In this document: positions 20,359 through 30,640 of the stretch, one piece after another
Layout: every line of letters begins with the position of its first letter
Position numbering within the stretch: position 1 is the first letter of the stretch
Source of the DNA: an uncultured Rhodobacteraceae bacterium
GTDB taxonomy: Bacteria > Pseudomonadota > Alphaproteobacteria > Rhodobacterales > Rhodobacteraceae
Direction of reading: 5' to 3'
Length of the DNA stretch: 64,000 bases
Assembly: GCA_947493745.1 (NCBI GenBank)
Contig: CANLSM010000001.1
Span: 89,913 to 153,912 of the forward strand
Program-made: the position numbers and the translations under genes
Notes under the pieces: model-generated
Told to the model about the DNA's origin: nothing
Database searches by the model: none
What the model saw: only the letters and a program-made list of their open reading frames with translations

Positions 20359-21660
20359 TTATCGGATGATGTTGGTCGTCTCCTGCAACATCTCATCCAC
20401 GGTCTGGATGACGCGCGCATTGGACGAATAGGCCCGCTGGGTCTGAATCAGCTGCGTCAGTTCCCCGGCAATATCGGTTGTGCTTTCCTCGCGCGAATAA
20501 CCGATCGTGGCACCGACAGGTCCTTCGCCAGCATCCCAGAGATAAAGCGGCCCGCTTTCTGCCGACACCGCAAATGCCTGGTTGTCGAGAGCGGTCAGGC
20601 CGTTGAGGTTTGGTACGTCAACCAGCGGCACCTGATAGATGACGCGCGTGAAGCCGGTGTCATAGGCGGCCATGACCATGCCGTTCTCATCGACCTCGAC
20701 CCCGGTCAGGTTTCCGACCGGCGCACCATTTTTTGTGACAGCGGTCGGTGCAAACTCAGCAGAAAGCTGGGTCAGGACAGCCGCAGAGCCCGGCTCGCCG
20801 ATCGTGATGTCAATATCGCCTCGAACGGCCGCAACCGTCAGCGCACCAGTGGCCGGGTCATATGTGCCGGTGCCTGTCGGCGTCACCGACAGGATGGCCC
20901 CACCATTGGCGGTGCTGGAGTCGAAGACAATGTCATAGGTCCCGACAACAGTCCCGCCGGAGGCCTGATCGGTGACCTCCAGAGACCAGGTGTTGGATTG
21001 TCCTGTCGCCGGAACCACCGGCGTGAAGGTCGCGACAAGCGTCTGGGACGCGCCGACATTGTCGAAATACTCCACCGAGATCTCGAGATCTGTACCGGCG
21101 GCACCTGCCCCGGTGGCTTCTGCCGGCAGGTTTGCGCCGAAGGTCATTTCCGTCGTCGGGCTGGCGGCGAACTGATTGCGGTTCACGATGACAGGCTCAA
21201 GGCCCGCGGAGCTGTCACGTGGCTGTGTCGGGATATTGCCATCCGTGTCACCGGGCCATCCCAGCAGAACCAAACCGCTGCTCGTCGTCAGATACCCTTC
21301 CGCATCGGGCTGAAAGGACCCGGTCGAAACCATCATGAGCGGCAGGGACCCATCCCCGCCACCGACAGCCGCGGCTGATGTCACCGGGATCATTCCGCGC
21401 CCGCCGACCGACAGATCCGTGGCATTTGATGTCGAGACCAGTGTTCCCTGCGAGTCCACCTCCCTGAAGGAGGAGACGCGAACACCCCCGGCCGAGTAGG
21501 CCCCTTGTCGCTGAGTGAGAACCAGGGAGGAAAAATCCGCGTCGGCACGTTTGTATCCGTAAGTCCCGGAGTTGGCGATGTTGTCCGAGATCGTGGCAAG
21601 CTTGCTTGAGTTCACGTTGAGCCCGGAAACGCCTGCGTTCAATGACGAGGATATGCTCAT
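20359..21660 (-). CDS. flgE: flagellar hook protein
   Basis: N-terminus SLNAGVSGLNVNSSKLATISDNIANSGTYGYKR and C-terminus LIQTQRAYSSNARVIQTVDEMLQ. Confidence 0.9.
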   Translation of the reverse strand: MSISSSLNAGVSGLNVNSSKLATISDNIANSGTYGYKRADADFSSLVLTQRQGAYSAGGVRVSSFREVDSQGTLVSTSNATDLSVGGRGMIPVTSAAAVGGGDGSLPLMMVSTGSFQPDAEGYLTTSSGLVLLGWPGDTDGNIPTQPRDSSAGLEPVIVNRNQFAASPTTEMTFGANLPAEATGAGAAGTDLEISVEYFDNVGASQTLVATFTPVVPATGQSNTWSLEVTDQASGGTVVGTYDIVFDSSTANGGAILSVTPTGTGTYDPATGALTVAAVRGDIDITIGEPGSAAVLTQLSAEFAPTAVTKNGAPVGNLTGVEVDENGMVMAAYDTGFTRVIYQVPLVDVPNLNGLTALDNQAFAVSAESGPLYLWDAGEGPVGATIGYSREESTTDIAGELTQLIQTQRAYSSNARVIQTVDEMLQETTNIIR

Positions 21661-21754
21661 TCTGATTCCCTTCTACGGGTTGGATACACGAAAGTTCCAC
21701 CCAGTATCGGGACCATTCACTTAAGAAGGTGCTAATGCTAAAATGATTGCGATC

Positions 21755-22579
21755 TTAGCCTAAGTCACTGCGCAGCAAGATAATTTCGACCCGCTGATTG
21801 CGAATGTCAAAGGGATCGTCCTGCGACAAGACCCGGTCCGCGTTGCCGGTCACCCGATTGAACCGCGCAGCAGGCAGCCCGGATCGGGCCAGAACGGCGC
21901 GAGAGCGAAGTGCGCGATCGGCTGATATCGACCAGGCATCATTCGACTTGTTCCGCAAGGGGGCGGAACTCATATGCGCGCGCACGGCCATCGGATTTGT
22001 GACACCGCCGACAACGTCCGCGATCATCGCGAGCAGAAGCTCCATCTTTCGGGTCGGTGCGTCAGTTTCCTCGACCCAGAGCGGACTGTCGGGCAGATCA
22101 AACAGCTCGATCACCAGTCCTTCATCGGTCACTCTGGTCCGGACATGGTCCAGCAGTTCGTCGCCGATCTCGCTCTCGCCCGACGTTGCCGCGATTTGCT
22201 CCATGAGCCGGTTCAGGCGTTCAGCCTCGCCTTCCTCATTGTCGTCACCGGACGCCTTGTCCTCGACACTCGGGCTTTCATTGGTGGCCCCGGTTCCGCT
22301 TTGGGCCATGACGAGTTCGGCAAATGCGCTGTCACCGGCCATCGGACCGTCCCCGCCGCCGGATTGGCGGTGCACCGTGATGGTCGGTTTGAAGTAGTCC
22401 GCAAGGCCCTTGCGCTGCTCCTCCGAGGTTGCATTCAGCAGCCACATGAGCAGGAAGAACGCCATCATGGCCGTCACGAAATCGGCGTAAGCCACCTTCC
22501 ATGCACCACCATGATGGCCGTCGCCCCCGACAACCTTCTTGCGTTTGATAATCGTAACCGGAGCTTTTCCCTCAGCCAT
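21755..22579 (-). CDS. motB: flagellar motor stator protein MotB (OmpA-like C-terminus)
   Basis: GAWKVAYADFVTAMMAFFLLMWLL TM plug region and an OmpA/MotB C-terminal domain. Confidence 0.85.
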   Translation of the reverse strand: MAEGKAPVTIIKRKKVVGGDGHHGGAWKVAYADFVTAMMAFFLLMWLLNATSEEQRKGLADYFKPTITVHRQSGGGDGPMAGDSAFAELVMAQSGTGATNESPSVEDKASGDDNEEGEAERLNRLMEQIAATSGESEIGDELLDHVRTRVTDEGLVIELFDLPDSPLWVEETDAPTRKMELLLAMIADVVGGVTNPMAVRAHMSSAPLRNKSNDAWSISADRALRSRAVLARSGLPAARFNRVTGNADRVLSQDDPFDIRNQRVEIILLRSDLG

Positions 22580-22776
22580 GACACACCCTAGATTTCACCC
22601 AGCACATGGTTTGACATGTCAGGTGTTACAGCAAGGTTACAAAGGCGGGCGGGCACGGATAATTGCGGGCGGAATTTAAGTAAACTTACCGACAAATCGC
22701 AGCCGTTAAAGAATTGGCAATCAAGATGGGAAATGGTCGGTACGGTCGATGACAAAACGCCGGGATCCCTCGCCTC

Positions 22777-23727
22777 ATGGAAAACGTTCTCGAAAGAAAA
22801 CTGAGCAACCAGGCTGTCGGGCGCTCTCCCCTGCAGGAGATCGACCTGATCGGGGAGAACTTCGGCAGAGTGCTCGAAGACGGGCTGAGACCGCTTCTCA
22901 AAACCAATGCGGGTGCGCTGATCCTCGACTGCGACATCACCAAGCTCGCCGATGTCAGCGAAAACATTCCGGTGCCCGCGATGCTGGGGCTGGTCGAGAT
23001 CGAGAATTCCGAAAGCATGGCTCTGATCAATGTCAGCACCGATCTCGTCTACCACATCGTGGACATGCGCATGGGCGGCGATCCGACGAACGCGCCGATT
23101 CCCACCACGCGGAGCTTCACGGGCATCGATGTCAGCCTCTGCATGGACTTCTTCCAGATCGTTCTCGACAGCTTTTCCAAGGCCATCTTTGAAAGTCTCG
23201 GCGTGCCGCTTTCGGAGAAGCTCTCGGTCGCGGGGCACAAGCAGGATATCACAACGGTGCGTATTGCCGCGAAGACGGCGGATGTCCTTCAACTCACCGT
23301 CAGCCTGGACATAGGGGAAGCGGCGCGGAGCGGGGACTTCGACTTCATTATCCCGCTCGCCATTCTCGATGTGTTCAAGGCCTCGACCCAGAAGGCCGCC
23401 GACACGCTGGAGTTTATCCCGCGGGATCTCTGGTATGAGCAGATGACCCAATCGGCGGCCAGCGCGCAGATGATCGTCCACGCGATCCTCGACAAGCCGA
23501 AGATGAGCCTGTCGAAAGTCGAGGCGCTGGAGGTCGGGCAGGTTATCGAGCTTTCATCGGACGGCTCGAACAGCGTCGATCTGATGATCAATCTGGGTCA
23601 GGCCGAGGAATTCGAACTTGGAAAGGCCCGGCTCGGTGCCTTTGAAGGGAACAAGGTTATCAAAATGGATGGCGCTCCCGACACCTCGCTGCTGACCTAT
23701 CTCAACCGCAATCTCAAACTGGCCTGA
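22777..23727 (+). CDS. fliM: flagellar motor switch protein FliM-like
   Basis: 316 aa with FliM-like middle and SpoA-like C-terminal regions, divergent from the motB operon. Confidence 0.7.
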   Translation: MENVLERKLSNQAVGRSPLQEIDLIGENFGRVLEDGLRPLLKTNAGALILDCDITKLADVSENIPVPAMLGLVEIENSESMALINVSTDLVYHIVDMRMGGDPTNAPIPTTRSFTGIDVSLCMDFFQIVLDSFSKAIFESLGVPLSEKLSVAGHKQDITTVRIAAKTADVLQLTVSLDIGEAARSGDFDFIIPLAILDVFKASTQKAADTLEFIPRDLWYEQMTQSAASAQMIVHAILDKPKMSLSKVEALEVGQVIELSSDGSNSVDLMINLGQAEEFELGKARLGAFEGNKVIKMDGAPDTSLLTYLNRNLKLA

Positions 23728-23732
23728 TGGCG

Positions 23733-24740
23733 TCAGGTTCCCTGCCGGACATCCTTCCAGCACGGGCGCAAATCCCCGTGCGACGGTGTGGCACTGTAGA
23801 TCGCACGCGCAACGGCTCTTGCCATGCACTGAGCCGCCACATGACCCAGCAGGACAAGATCAGCCTCGTCGGCTCCCGCAGACTGACCGGTTGAAGCCGC
23901 AAAGATCAGATCACCGTCATGGGGCGTATGCGCCGGCAAAATGGAGCGTGCGTAGCCGTCATGCGCAGCGACCGCCATTCGTTTGGCCTGAGCCTTTGTC
24001 AGCGCCAGATCAGTGGCCACGACACCAATGGTCGTGCTTGTCTGGTGTGGCGCAAGATGAGCGAGCTTGGTGTCCTGAAAACCGATTTCCGCCATGCCGG
24101 GGGCGACAGACCCCAGCCCCCCGAATTCCTGCCCGTGCTCGAATACCCCGGCCCAGAAACGTGGATCACCGGCGGGTGTCACACATCCAACGGGATTGGC
24201 CGCAACCAGCGCCCCGACAATATGTCCCGAGGGCAACCGCCAGGAGGCAGAGCCAAGACCGCCCTTGAGCCGAGCCGTCGTGGCGCCGGTTCCGGCACCG
24301 ACGCTGCCGATCGCGAACTCGGCCCCGGCATTCTCGTATGCCTGCCGCCCGAGCGCGGCATAGGGATTGGCCTCCCAGCCCTTTTCGCCGCCATTGATCA
24401 GATCGAAGAGAATGGCCGCCGGGACGATCGGCACCCTCACATCACCCACCGCAAAGCCGCGCCCGTCCTTGTGCAGGGCCTCCATGACACCCGAGGCGGC
24501 ATCCAGCCCGAAAGCGGACCCTCCGGACAAGACGAGCGCATCCACCGTCTCAACAGTCTTGTCGGGATCGAGTAGATCGGTCTCCCGGGTGCCCGGTGCT
24601 CCGCCGCGAATGTCGACGGCCGCCACAAACGGGCGATCCCCGACCAGACAGGTAACACCGGATTTCAGCGTATCATCCGACGCATTGCCGACCCTGAGGC
24701 CGGGCACATCCGTGATCAGGTTGCGCGGACCCGTCGGCAT
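23733..24740 (-). CDS. P1/S58 family peptidase (DmpA-type aminopeptidase)
   Basis: N-terminus PRNLITDVPGLRVGN and the self-processing-type core of the DmpA/S58 family. Confidence 0.8.
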   Translation of the reverse strand: MPTGPRNLITDVPGLRVGNASDDTLKSGVTCLVGDRPFVAAVDIRGGAPGTRETDLLDPDKTVETVDALVLSGGSAFGLDAASGVMEALHKDGRGFAVGDVRVPIVPAAILFDLINGGEKGWEANPYAALGRQAYENAGAEFAIGSVGAGTGATTARLKGGLGSASWRLPSGHIVGALVAANPVGCVTPAGDPRFWAGVFEHGQEFGGLGSVAPGMAEIGFQDTKLAHLAPHQTSTTIGVVATDLALTKAQAKRMAVAAHDGYARSILPAHTPHDGDLIFAASTGQSAGADEADLVLLGHVAAQCMARAVARAIYSATPSHGDLRPCWKDVRQGT

Positions 24741-24741
24741 C

Positions 24742-25092
24742 TCAGATCACGGTCTTGTGGACTGCGGTCTCGGGATCACCGGTATTCGGTGTTCCGGCAG
24801 GCTCGATCAGCATCAGATGCGCTTCCTGGCGTGCTACGGGCCGGTGCCTGATCCCTTTGGGAACCACAAAGAGCTCACCGGCCGAAAGGGCAACAGTGCC
24901 GTCTTCCGTTTCAATATCGATCTCGCCCTTGAGCACCAGGAACAGATCATCCGTGTCGTCGTGGGAATGCCAGGTGAACTCCCCCTTCACCTTCACGACC
25001 ATGATGTCATTGCCGTTGTAGCTGCCAACAATCCTGGGCGACCAATGCTCGGAAAACATGCTCAACTTCTCTGCCAGATTGATCTTCTTCAT
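24742..25092 (-). CDS. cupin domain protein
   Basis: 116 aa with a two-His cupin core (FTWHSHDDTDDLFLVLKGE...VPKGIRHRP). Confidence 0.75.
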   Translation of the reverse strand: MKKINLAEKLSMFSEHWSPRIVGSYNGNDIMVVKVKGEFTWHSHDDTDDLFLVLKGEIDIETEDGTVALSAGELFVVPKGIRHRPVARQEAHLMLIEPAGTPNTGDPETAVHKTVI

Positions 25093-25844
25093 ATGCAGCG
25101 ACCTCCGTCGATTTCCATGCAGACCCCTGTGATCATGCTGGCCTCGTCCGAGCAGAGGAAGCTCGCAGCATTGCCGAGATCTTCGGGTTGGGAGAATCGT
25201 CCCAACGGGATCGTGGAAAGAAACTTCGCCCGGATCTCCGGCGTGTCCTCGCCCATGAAGCTTTTGAGAAGCGGCGTCTCGCCCGCGACGGGATTGAGCG
25301 CGTTGACCCGAATGCCAAAGGGTGCAAGCTCGACCGCCATGGTTCGCGTCGCCGTTATCATCCAGCCCTTCGACGCATTGTACCAGTTGAGCCTCGGGCG
25401 CGGGCTGACCCCGGCCGTCGAGGCTATGTTGAGGATCACACCGGTTTCGCGGGCTTTCATCTTTGGCACGAAATGCCGGGCCGTCAGATAGACCGACTTG
25501 GCATTGACGGCCAGCACCCGGTCGAAATCCTCCTCGGTCACATCTTCCAGCGCTTCCGGCAGATGGGTGATGCCCGCATTGTTCACCAGAATATCGAGCG
25601 GCCCGAACGTGTCCGCTTGTTCGGCCAACGCCTTCACACTGTCATTGCGCGCCACGTCCACATGTGCGGCCTCCGCTCCCACCTCTGCCGCGAACGCTAT
25701 GGCGGCGTCATGATTGATATCGGCCACCAGCACCTTCGCTCCCTCTTTGAGGAACTTGCGCACGATACCGGCTCCGAAACCGGAGGCCCCCCCGGTCACC
25801 AGCGCTGTTTTTCCATCCAACCGCATACCGTCTTTCTCACCCAT
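25089..25844 (-). CDS. SDR family oxidoreductase
   Basis: TGGASGFG cofactor motif, NNAG, and YNASK catalytic motif. The start could instead be MRLDGK at 25826. Confidence 0.85.
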   Translation of the reverse strand: MGEKDGMRLDGKTALVTGGASGFGAGIVRKFLKEGAKVLVADINHDAAIAFAAEVGAEAAHVDVARNDSVKALAEQADTFGPLDILVNNAGITHLPEALEDVTEEDFDRVLAVNAKSVYLTARHFVPKMKARETGVILNIASTAGVSPRPRLNWYNASKGWMITATRTMAVELAPFGIRVNALNPVAGETPLLKSFMGEDTPEIRAKFLSTIPLGRFSQPEDLGNAASFLCSDEASMITGVCMEIDGGRCI

Positions 25845-27270
25845 GATGTGCCGCCACCGTCTTCAGCGTTGAGAACCCGTAGAGCGCCTCAAACCCTTTT
25901 TCACGTCCATGGCCGGATTTTCCGACCCCGCCAAAGGGCAACTCAACGCCACCGCCCGCGCCGTAATTGTTGATGAAGACCTGTCCGGCGCGCAGCGCGC
26001 GTGCAAGCCGCATCTGCCGACCACCATCGCGGGTCCAGACGCCCGCCACCAGTCCGAAATCCGTCCCGTTGGCGATCCGAACCGCCTCTGCCTCATCCCG
26101 GAACGGCAACAGCACCTGCACCGGCCCGAAGATTTCCTGCTGTGCCAGAGGGTGATCCGGCGTGATCCCGGAGATCAATGTTGGCGCCACGAAATGCCCT
26201 GAATGTGGAATGCCGGTGGCCTGACCGACGATCCGATCCGCTTCGACCTGCGCAAGAAACCCTTCGACAATCTCTTTCTGTCTGGCCGAGATCAGCGGGC
26301 CAACATCGAGATTGTTGACCGCCGGGCCGATCTTGAGTTCCGCATAACGCTCCGCCATCCGGTCTCGCACCGTTTCAAAGAGATCTTCATGCACCAGAAT
26401 GCGCGAGGCGGCCGAGCAGGTTTGCCCCGCATTCTGGATGCCCGCCCCCACCAGAAACGGCAGGGCCTGATCCAGATCGGCGTCCTCAAAGACCAACTGC
26501 GGTGACTTGCCTCCCAGTTCCAGCGTTACCGGTACGATGTGCCTTGCTGCGGATTGCTGGATCAGAGAGCCGACCCCGACAGAGCCGGTAAACGAGATAT
26601 GATGGACACCGGAATGGGACGCGAGGGCAGCACCTGCCTCTTCCCCCAGACCGGTCACGACGTTCAACGCCCCGTCGGGAAGGCCCGCTTCGACCGCAAG
26701 ACGCGCGAAGGCCAGTGCCGTCAAACAGGCCTCCTCCGCCGGTTTCAGGACGCAGGCATTGCCCATCGCGAGCGCCGCCCCGACCGAGCGACCAATGATC
26801 TGCATCGGGTAATTCCAGGGGATGATATGCCCTGTCACGCCATGTGGTTCGCGCAAGGTGTAAACGGTGTAGCCGTCCTGAAAGGGAATGGTCTCCCCCA
26901 TCACCTTGTCCGCAGCTCCGCCATAGAATTCGAGGTAACGGGCCAAGGCACGGGCATCGGCACGCGCCTGATCAAGCGGTTTGCCGACATCCATGGCCTC
27001 AATGAGCGCAAGGTCCTCTGCCCGCTCCAGCACCATTTGCCCGAGCCGGGCCAGGATGCGCCCACGCTCGAAGGCAGGCATGCGGCCCCAGTCTCCGACG
27101 AGCGCATTCTCGGCCGCCTCGACCGCCTTGTCTATGTCACCCGTTTGTCCCCGGCTGATCTGCGCGATAATGTCGGTGCTGGAGGGGTCCTCGACGTCCA
27201 GCCTGGCGGCCCCGGCCATCCATTCCCCGCCGATCAGCATCTCTGCGGGATCGAACCACAAAGCTTTCAT
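25837..27270 (-). CDS. NAD(P)-dependent aldehyde dehydrogenase
   Basis: ELGGKSP and GQTCSAASR catalytic motifs. Confidence 0.9.
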   Translation of the reverse strand: MKALWFDPAEMLIGGEWMAGAARLDVEDPSSTDIIAQISRGQTGDIDKAVEAAENALVGDWGRMPAFERGRILARLGQMVLERAEDLALIEAMDVGKPLDQARADARALARYLEFYGGAADKVMGETIPFQDGYTVYTLREPHGVTGHIIPWNYPMQIIGRSVGAALAMGNACVLKPAEEACLTALAFARLAVEAGLPDGALNVVTGLGEEAGAALASHSGVHHISFTGSVGVGSLIQQSAARHIVPVTLELGGKSPQLVFEDADLDQALPFLVGAGIQNAGQTCSAASRILVHEDLFETVRDRMAERYAELKIGPAVNNLDVGPLISARQKEIVEGFLAQVEADRIVGQATGIPHSGHFVAPTLISGITPDHPLAQQEIFGPVQVLLPFRDEAEAVRIANGTDFGLVAGVWTRDGGRQMRLARALRAGQVFINNYGAGGGVELPFGGVGKSGHGREKGFEALYGFSTLKTVAAHHG

Positions 27271-28856
27271 GACACGTGCTCCTCCAGAACCGGCGCCGCG
27301 GCCAGCAGCGTTCTTGTATAGTCGTGCTGCGGATCGGCAAAGACGGTTTCGGTCGCGCCTTCTTCCACGATCTGCCCGGATTTCATGATCATGACCCGGT
27401 CCGTGATCGCCCGTACCACATGCAGGTCATGGCTGATAAAGAGGTAGCTCAGCCCATGCCGTGTGCTCAGATCTGCCAGCAGATCAAGGATCTGTGCGCG
27501 GATCGAGACATCAAGCGCCGAAACAGCCTCATCCAGAATGATCAGACGCGGGCGGATGATGAGCGCACGGGCAATCGCGATGCGTTGCCGCTGTCCGCCG
27601 GAGAACTCGTGAATGTATTTCTGCGCATCGGTCTCATCGAGACCGACCTCGCCCAGCGCCTGTCCGATTGCGGCATCACGTTCCGGACCAACAGGCGCAT
27701 CCTCCAGCAGATGGAGCGGCTCTGACACCAGCCGGGAAACCTTGTGCCGGGGATTGAAGCTGCCATAGGGGTCCTGAAACACCACCTGCATCTTGGCGCG
27801 CAGACCGGTTGGCATCCTCTGCCCGGCCACGACCGTCTCGCCATCGACGGAAATCGAGCCGCCCTGCGCTGCATCAAGCCCGAGGATCGCGCGCGTCAGG
27901 GTAGATTTGCCGCACCCGCTCTCACCGACGAGCCCGAGGCTCTCACCGTGATCAAGCGTGAAGCTGACATCCCGCACCGCCTCGAACATGCCCGGCTTGC
28001 CGAAAATGCTCTTGCGGGGTAGCGGATAGGTCCGTATCAGGTTGCGCACTTCCAGCAGCGGAGCCTCCGTTGGTATGGCCCTCCGGTCAGGCTGGTGGGA
28101 AGAGGCTTCAAACAGCGCCCTCGTATAGGGGTGTGACTTCTCGCGCAACACCCTGGCTGTCGGCCCGGCCTCGACCACCTCACCCTCTCGCATGATGGCC
28201 AGATCGTCGGCGATATCGGCTACGACAGCCAGATCGTGCGAGATCAGGATCAGCCCCATCCCGTCCTCGGCCACCAGCCGCTTCAGAAGCAGCAGTATCT
28301 GGGCCTGCGTAGTCACATCAAGGGCGGTGGTCGGCTCATCCGCAATCAGCAGGCGCGGATTGCAGGCAATCGCGATGGCGATCACGACACGCTGGCGCTG
28401 GCCGCCCGACAACTCGTGCGGATAGCGGTTGAGCGGAAACCGCGCCGGCGGAAGTTCGACGCGAGCCAGAACCTCGGCCGCCCTGGCGAGCGCCTCCCGT
28501 CGGGACATGCCCTGATGCAGGCGCAGGGTCTCCGCAACCTGATCACCGATGGTCAGAAGCGGGTTGAGCGCTGTCATCGGCTCCTGAAAGACCATGCCGA
28601 TCAGACGGCCCCTGACATCATTCAGCGCCGTCTCGGTCATGTCGGTCAGGGCAATCCCCTCCAGCAGGATATCGCCTGTCATCGAAGTGCCATTGGGCAA
28701 AAGCTGCATGATGGCCGAGGCCGTCATCGATTTGCCGGACCCGCTCTCCCCGATGATGCCAAGTACGCGTCCGGCCTCGACACCAAGGGTGATGCCCTTC
28801 AGGATCGGCTGGTCGTGGATTGCCAGATGCAGGTTGTCGATCTGCAGGAGGCTCAT
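27267..28856 (-). CDS. fused double ATP-binding protein of a peptide/opine-type (Dpp/Opp) ABC importer
   Basis: Two complete NBDs (GESGSGKS...LSGGQRQR, GESGCGKS...FSGGQRQR). Confidence 0.9.
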   Translation of the reverse strand: MSLLQIDNLHLAIHDQPILKGITLGVEAGRVLGIIGESGSGKSMTASAIMQLLPNGTSMTGDILLEGIALTDMTETALNDVRGRLIGMVFQEPMTALNPLLTIGDQVAETLRLHQGMSRREALARAAEVLARVELPPARFPLNRYPHELSGGQRQRVVIAIAIACNPRLLIADEPTTALDVTTQAQILLLLKRLVAEDGMGLILISHDLAVVADIADDLAIMREGEVVEAGPTARVLREKSHPYTRALFEASSHQPDRRAIPTEAPLLEVRNLIRTYPLPRKSIFGKPGMFEAVRDVSFTLDHGESLGLVGESGCGKSTLTRAILGLDAAQGGSISVDGETVVAGQRMPTGLRAKMQVVFQDPYGSFNPRHKVSRLVSEPLHLLEDAPVGPERDAAIGQALGEVGLDETDAQKYIHEFSGGQRQRIAIARALIIRPRLIILDEAVSALDVSIRAQILDLLADLSTRHGLSYLFISHDLHVVRAITDRVMIMKSGQIVEEGATETVFADPQHDYTRTLLAAAPVLEEHVS

Positions 28857-29665
28857 GACCGCGCCCTGCGAATGCGCGGGTCGAGCAAGTCACGCAGCCC
28901 ATCGCCCATCAGGTTCAGCCCCAGCACGGTCAGAATGATCGCAAAACCCGGAAAGAGCACCAGATGCGGCGCAAGCGAGGCCAGCGTCTGACTGTCCGCC
29001 AGCATCCGCCCCCAGCTTGGGGTCGGCGGCTGCACGCCAAGGCCGATATAGGACAACCCCGCCTCCGCCAGAATGCCCAGCGAGAACTGGATGGTGCCCT
29101 GCACGATCAGCAGATTGGCGATGTTGGGCAGGATGTGCTCGACACTGATCCGCGCCGGGCCTTTGCCAGCAACGCGGGCGGCGAGAATGAACTCCCGCTG
29201 CCAGAGGCTGAGCGCCGCCCCGCGCGTCAGGCGGGCAAAGACAGGGATGTTGAAAATGCCGATAGCAATGATCGCATTCAGCGCGGACGGGCCAAAGACC
29301 GCCGTGATCATCACTGCGATCAGAAGCGAGGGGAAAGCAAAGATCAGGTCGTTGGATCGCATGATGATCTCGTCAAAGGCCGATCCTTTGCGGGTCGCGG
29401 CCGCAAGACCGAGCGGCACACCCAACCCGATGCCGATGCCTACCGCCACCAGTGCCACGGCGATCGAAACCCGGGCGCCGACCATGATCATCGACAGGAT
29501 ATCGCGCCCGAAATGATCCGTCCCGAACCAGTGCGCACCGCCCGGAGGCTGCATCTTGGCCGCGATATCGAGCGCCTCGACATCATAAGGTGTCCAGATC
29601 AGGGAAAGCAGTGCCGCTGCCAAGAAGACAATGGCCAGCGCACCGCCGACAAGTAGGCCCCTCAT
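28853..29665 (-). CDS. ABC importer permease (DppC-like)
   Basis: 6-TM BPD-type permease with 4-nt overlaps to its neighbours. Confidence 0.85.
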   Translation of the reverse strand: MRGLLVGGALAIVFLAAALLSLIWTPYDVEALDIAAKMQPPGGAHWFGTDHFGRDILSMIMVGARVSIAVALVAVGIGIGLGVPLGLAAATRKGSAFDEIIMRSNDLIFAFPSLLIAVMITAVFGPSALNAIIAIGIFNIPVFARLTRGAALSLWQREFILAARVAGKGPARISVEHILPNIANLLIVQGTIQFSLGILAEAGLSYIGLGVQPPTPSWGRMLADSQTLASLAPHLVLFPGFAIILTVLGLNLMGDGLRDLLDPRIRRARS

Positions 29666-30609
29666 GCGCGGCTCCTCAGGCGCGGATCGACCCAGGCATA
29701 GGCCAGATCGACCAGAAAGGTGATCACGATGACGGCGAACACCAGCAGCATGATCACCGACTCCACGACGATCAGGTCGCGCTGGGCAATGGCCTGAAAG
29801 ATCAGACGGCCCAGACCGGGCAGGAAAAAGACATTCTCGATGATGATGGCACCCGCCAGCAGGAATGAGAATTGCAGACCGATGATCGTCAGCACGGGGA
29901 TCAGCGCATTGCGAAACCCGTGCCGCCAGATCGCCTGCCGCTGGCTGAGACCTTTGGCGCGTGCCGTGCGCATGAAGTCCTCGCCCAGCGTATCAAGCAG
30001 GGCGGAGCGCATGACCCGGGTCAGGATCGCCGCCTGTGGCAAGGCGAGTGCTATGGCAGGCAGGGTCAGCGCCTTGAGCGCGGGCAGGGGACCGCCCGCC
30101 CAACCCGGAAACCCACCTGCCGAAAACCAGCCGAGATTGATTGCGAAGATGAGCACCAGAATGACCGCAAACCAGAAATTCGGGATTGCGACACCCAGTT
30201 GCGTCGTGCCGACAATCGCAATATCTGCAATGGACCCGCGCTTGGTCGCCGCCCAGATGCCCGCCGGAACCGCAATGAGCGTCGAAAGCAGGAGCGCCAG
30301 CAGGGCAAGCGGCAGGGATATCCATATCCGGTCGAGAATGATCTGGCTGACCGGTGCCCGGTAAGTATAGGAAATCCCGAAATCGCCGGTGAGCATCCCG
30401 CTCGTCCAGCTGAGGTACCTCTGGAGCGGCGGTTTATCGAGGCCAAGCTCTATTCGTAGAGCTTTCAGTGTTTCAGGCTCTGCATTGATCCCCAGCATGG
30501 CGGCCGCCGGATCACCGGGGACGATCTCGAGGCTGAGAAATATCACAAGGCTTGCCGCAACAAGCGACAGGCCAAGCGATATCAGTCGTTTCAAAGCATA
30601 ACGCAGCAT
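29662..30609 (-). CDS. ABC importer permease (DppB-like)
   Basis: N-terminus MLRYALKRLISLGLSLVAAS and EAA-loop region ARAKGLSQRQAIWRH. Confidence 0.85.
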   Translation of the reverse strand: MLRYALKRLISLGLSLVAASLVIFLSLEIVPGDPAAAMLGINAEPETLKALRIELGLDKPPLQRYLSWTSGMLTGDFGISYTYRAPVSQIILDRIWISLPLALLALLLSTLIAVPAGIWAATKRGSIADIAIVGTTQLGVAIPNFWFAVILVLIFAINLGWFSAGGFPGWAGGPLPALKALTLPAIALALPQAAILTRVMRSALLDTLGEDFMRTARAKGLSQRQAIWRHGFRNALIPVLTIIGLQFSFLLAGAIIIENVFFLPGLGRLIFQAIAQRDLIVVESVIMLLVFAVIVITFLVDLAYAWVDPRLRSRA

Positions 30610-30640
30610 CTCTCGGCTCAGTTAATGCTGCGTGGGAGGG

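Noticed and set aside
22588-23481. 297-aa minus-strand ORF antisense to fliM. Similar long shadow ORFs occur at 30632-32530, 35778-36734, 37057-38625, 40218-41303, 41311-42342, 46802-48088, 49473-50396 and 59385-60230.
   Set aside because: Each lies entirely antisense to an ORF with clear family motifs. Their translations are Arg/Gly/Pro/Asp-rich, low-complexity and without recognisable domains. Such stop-free antisense frames are expected in DNA of about 62% GC.
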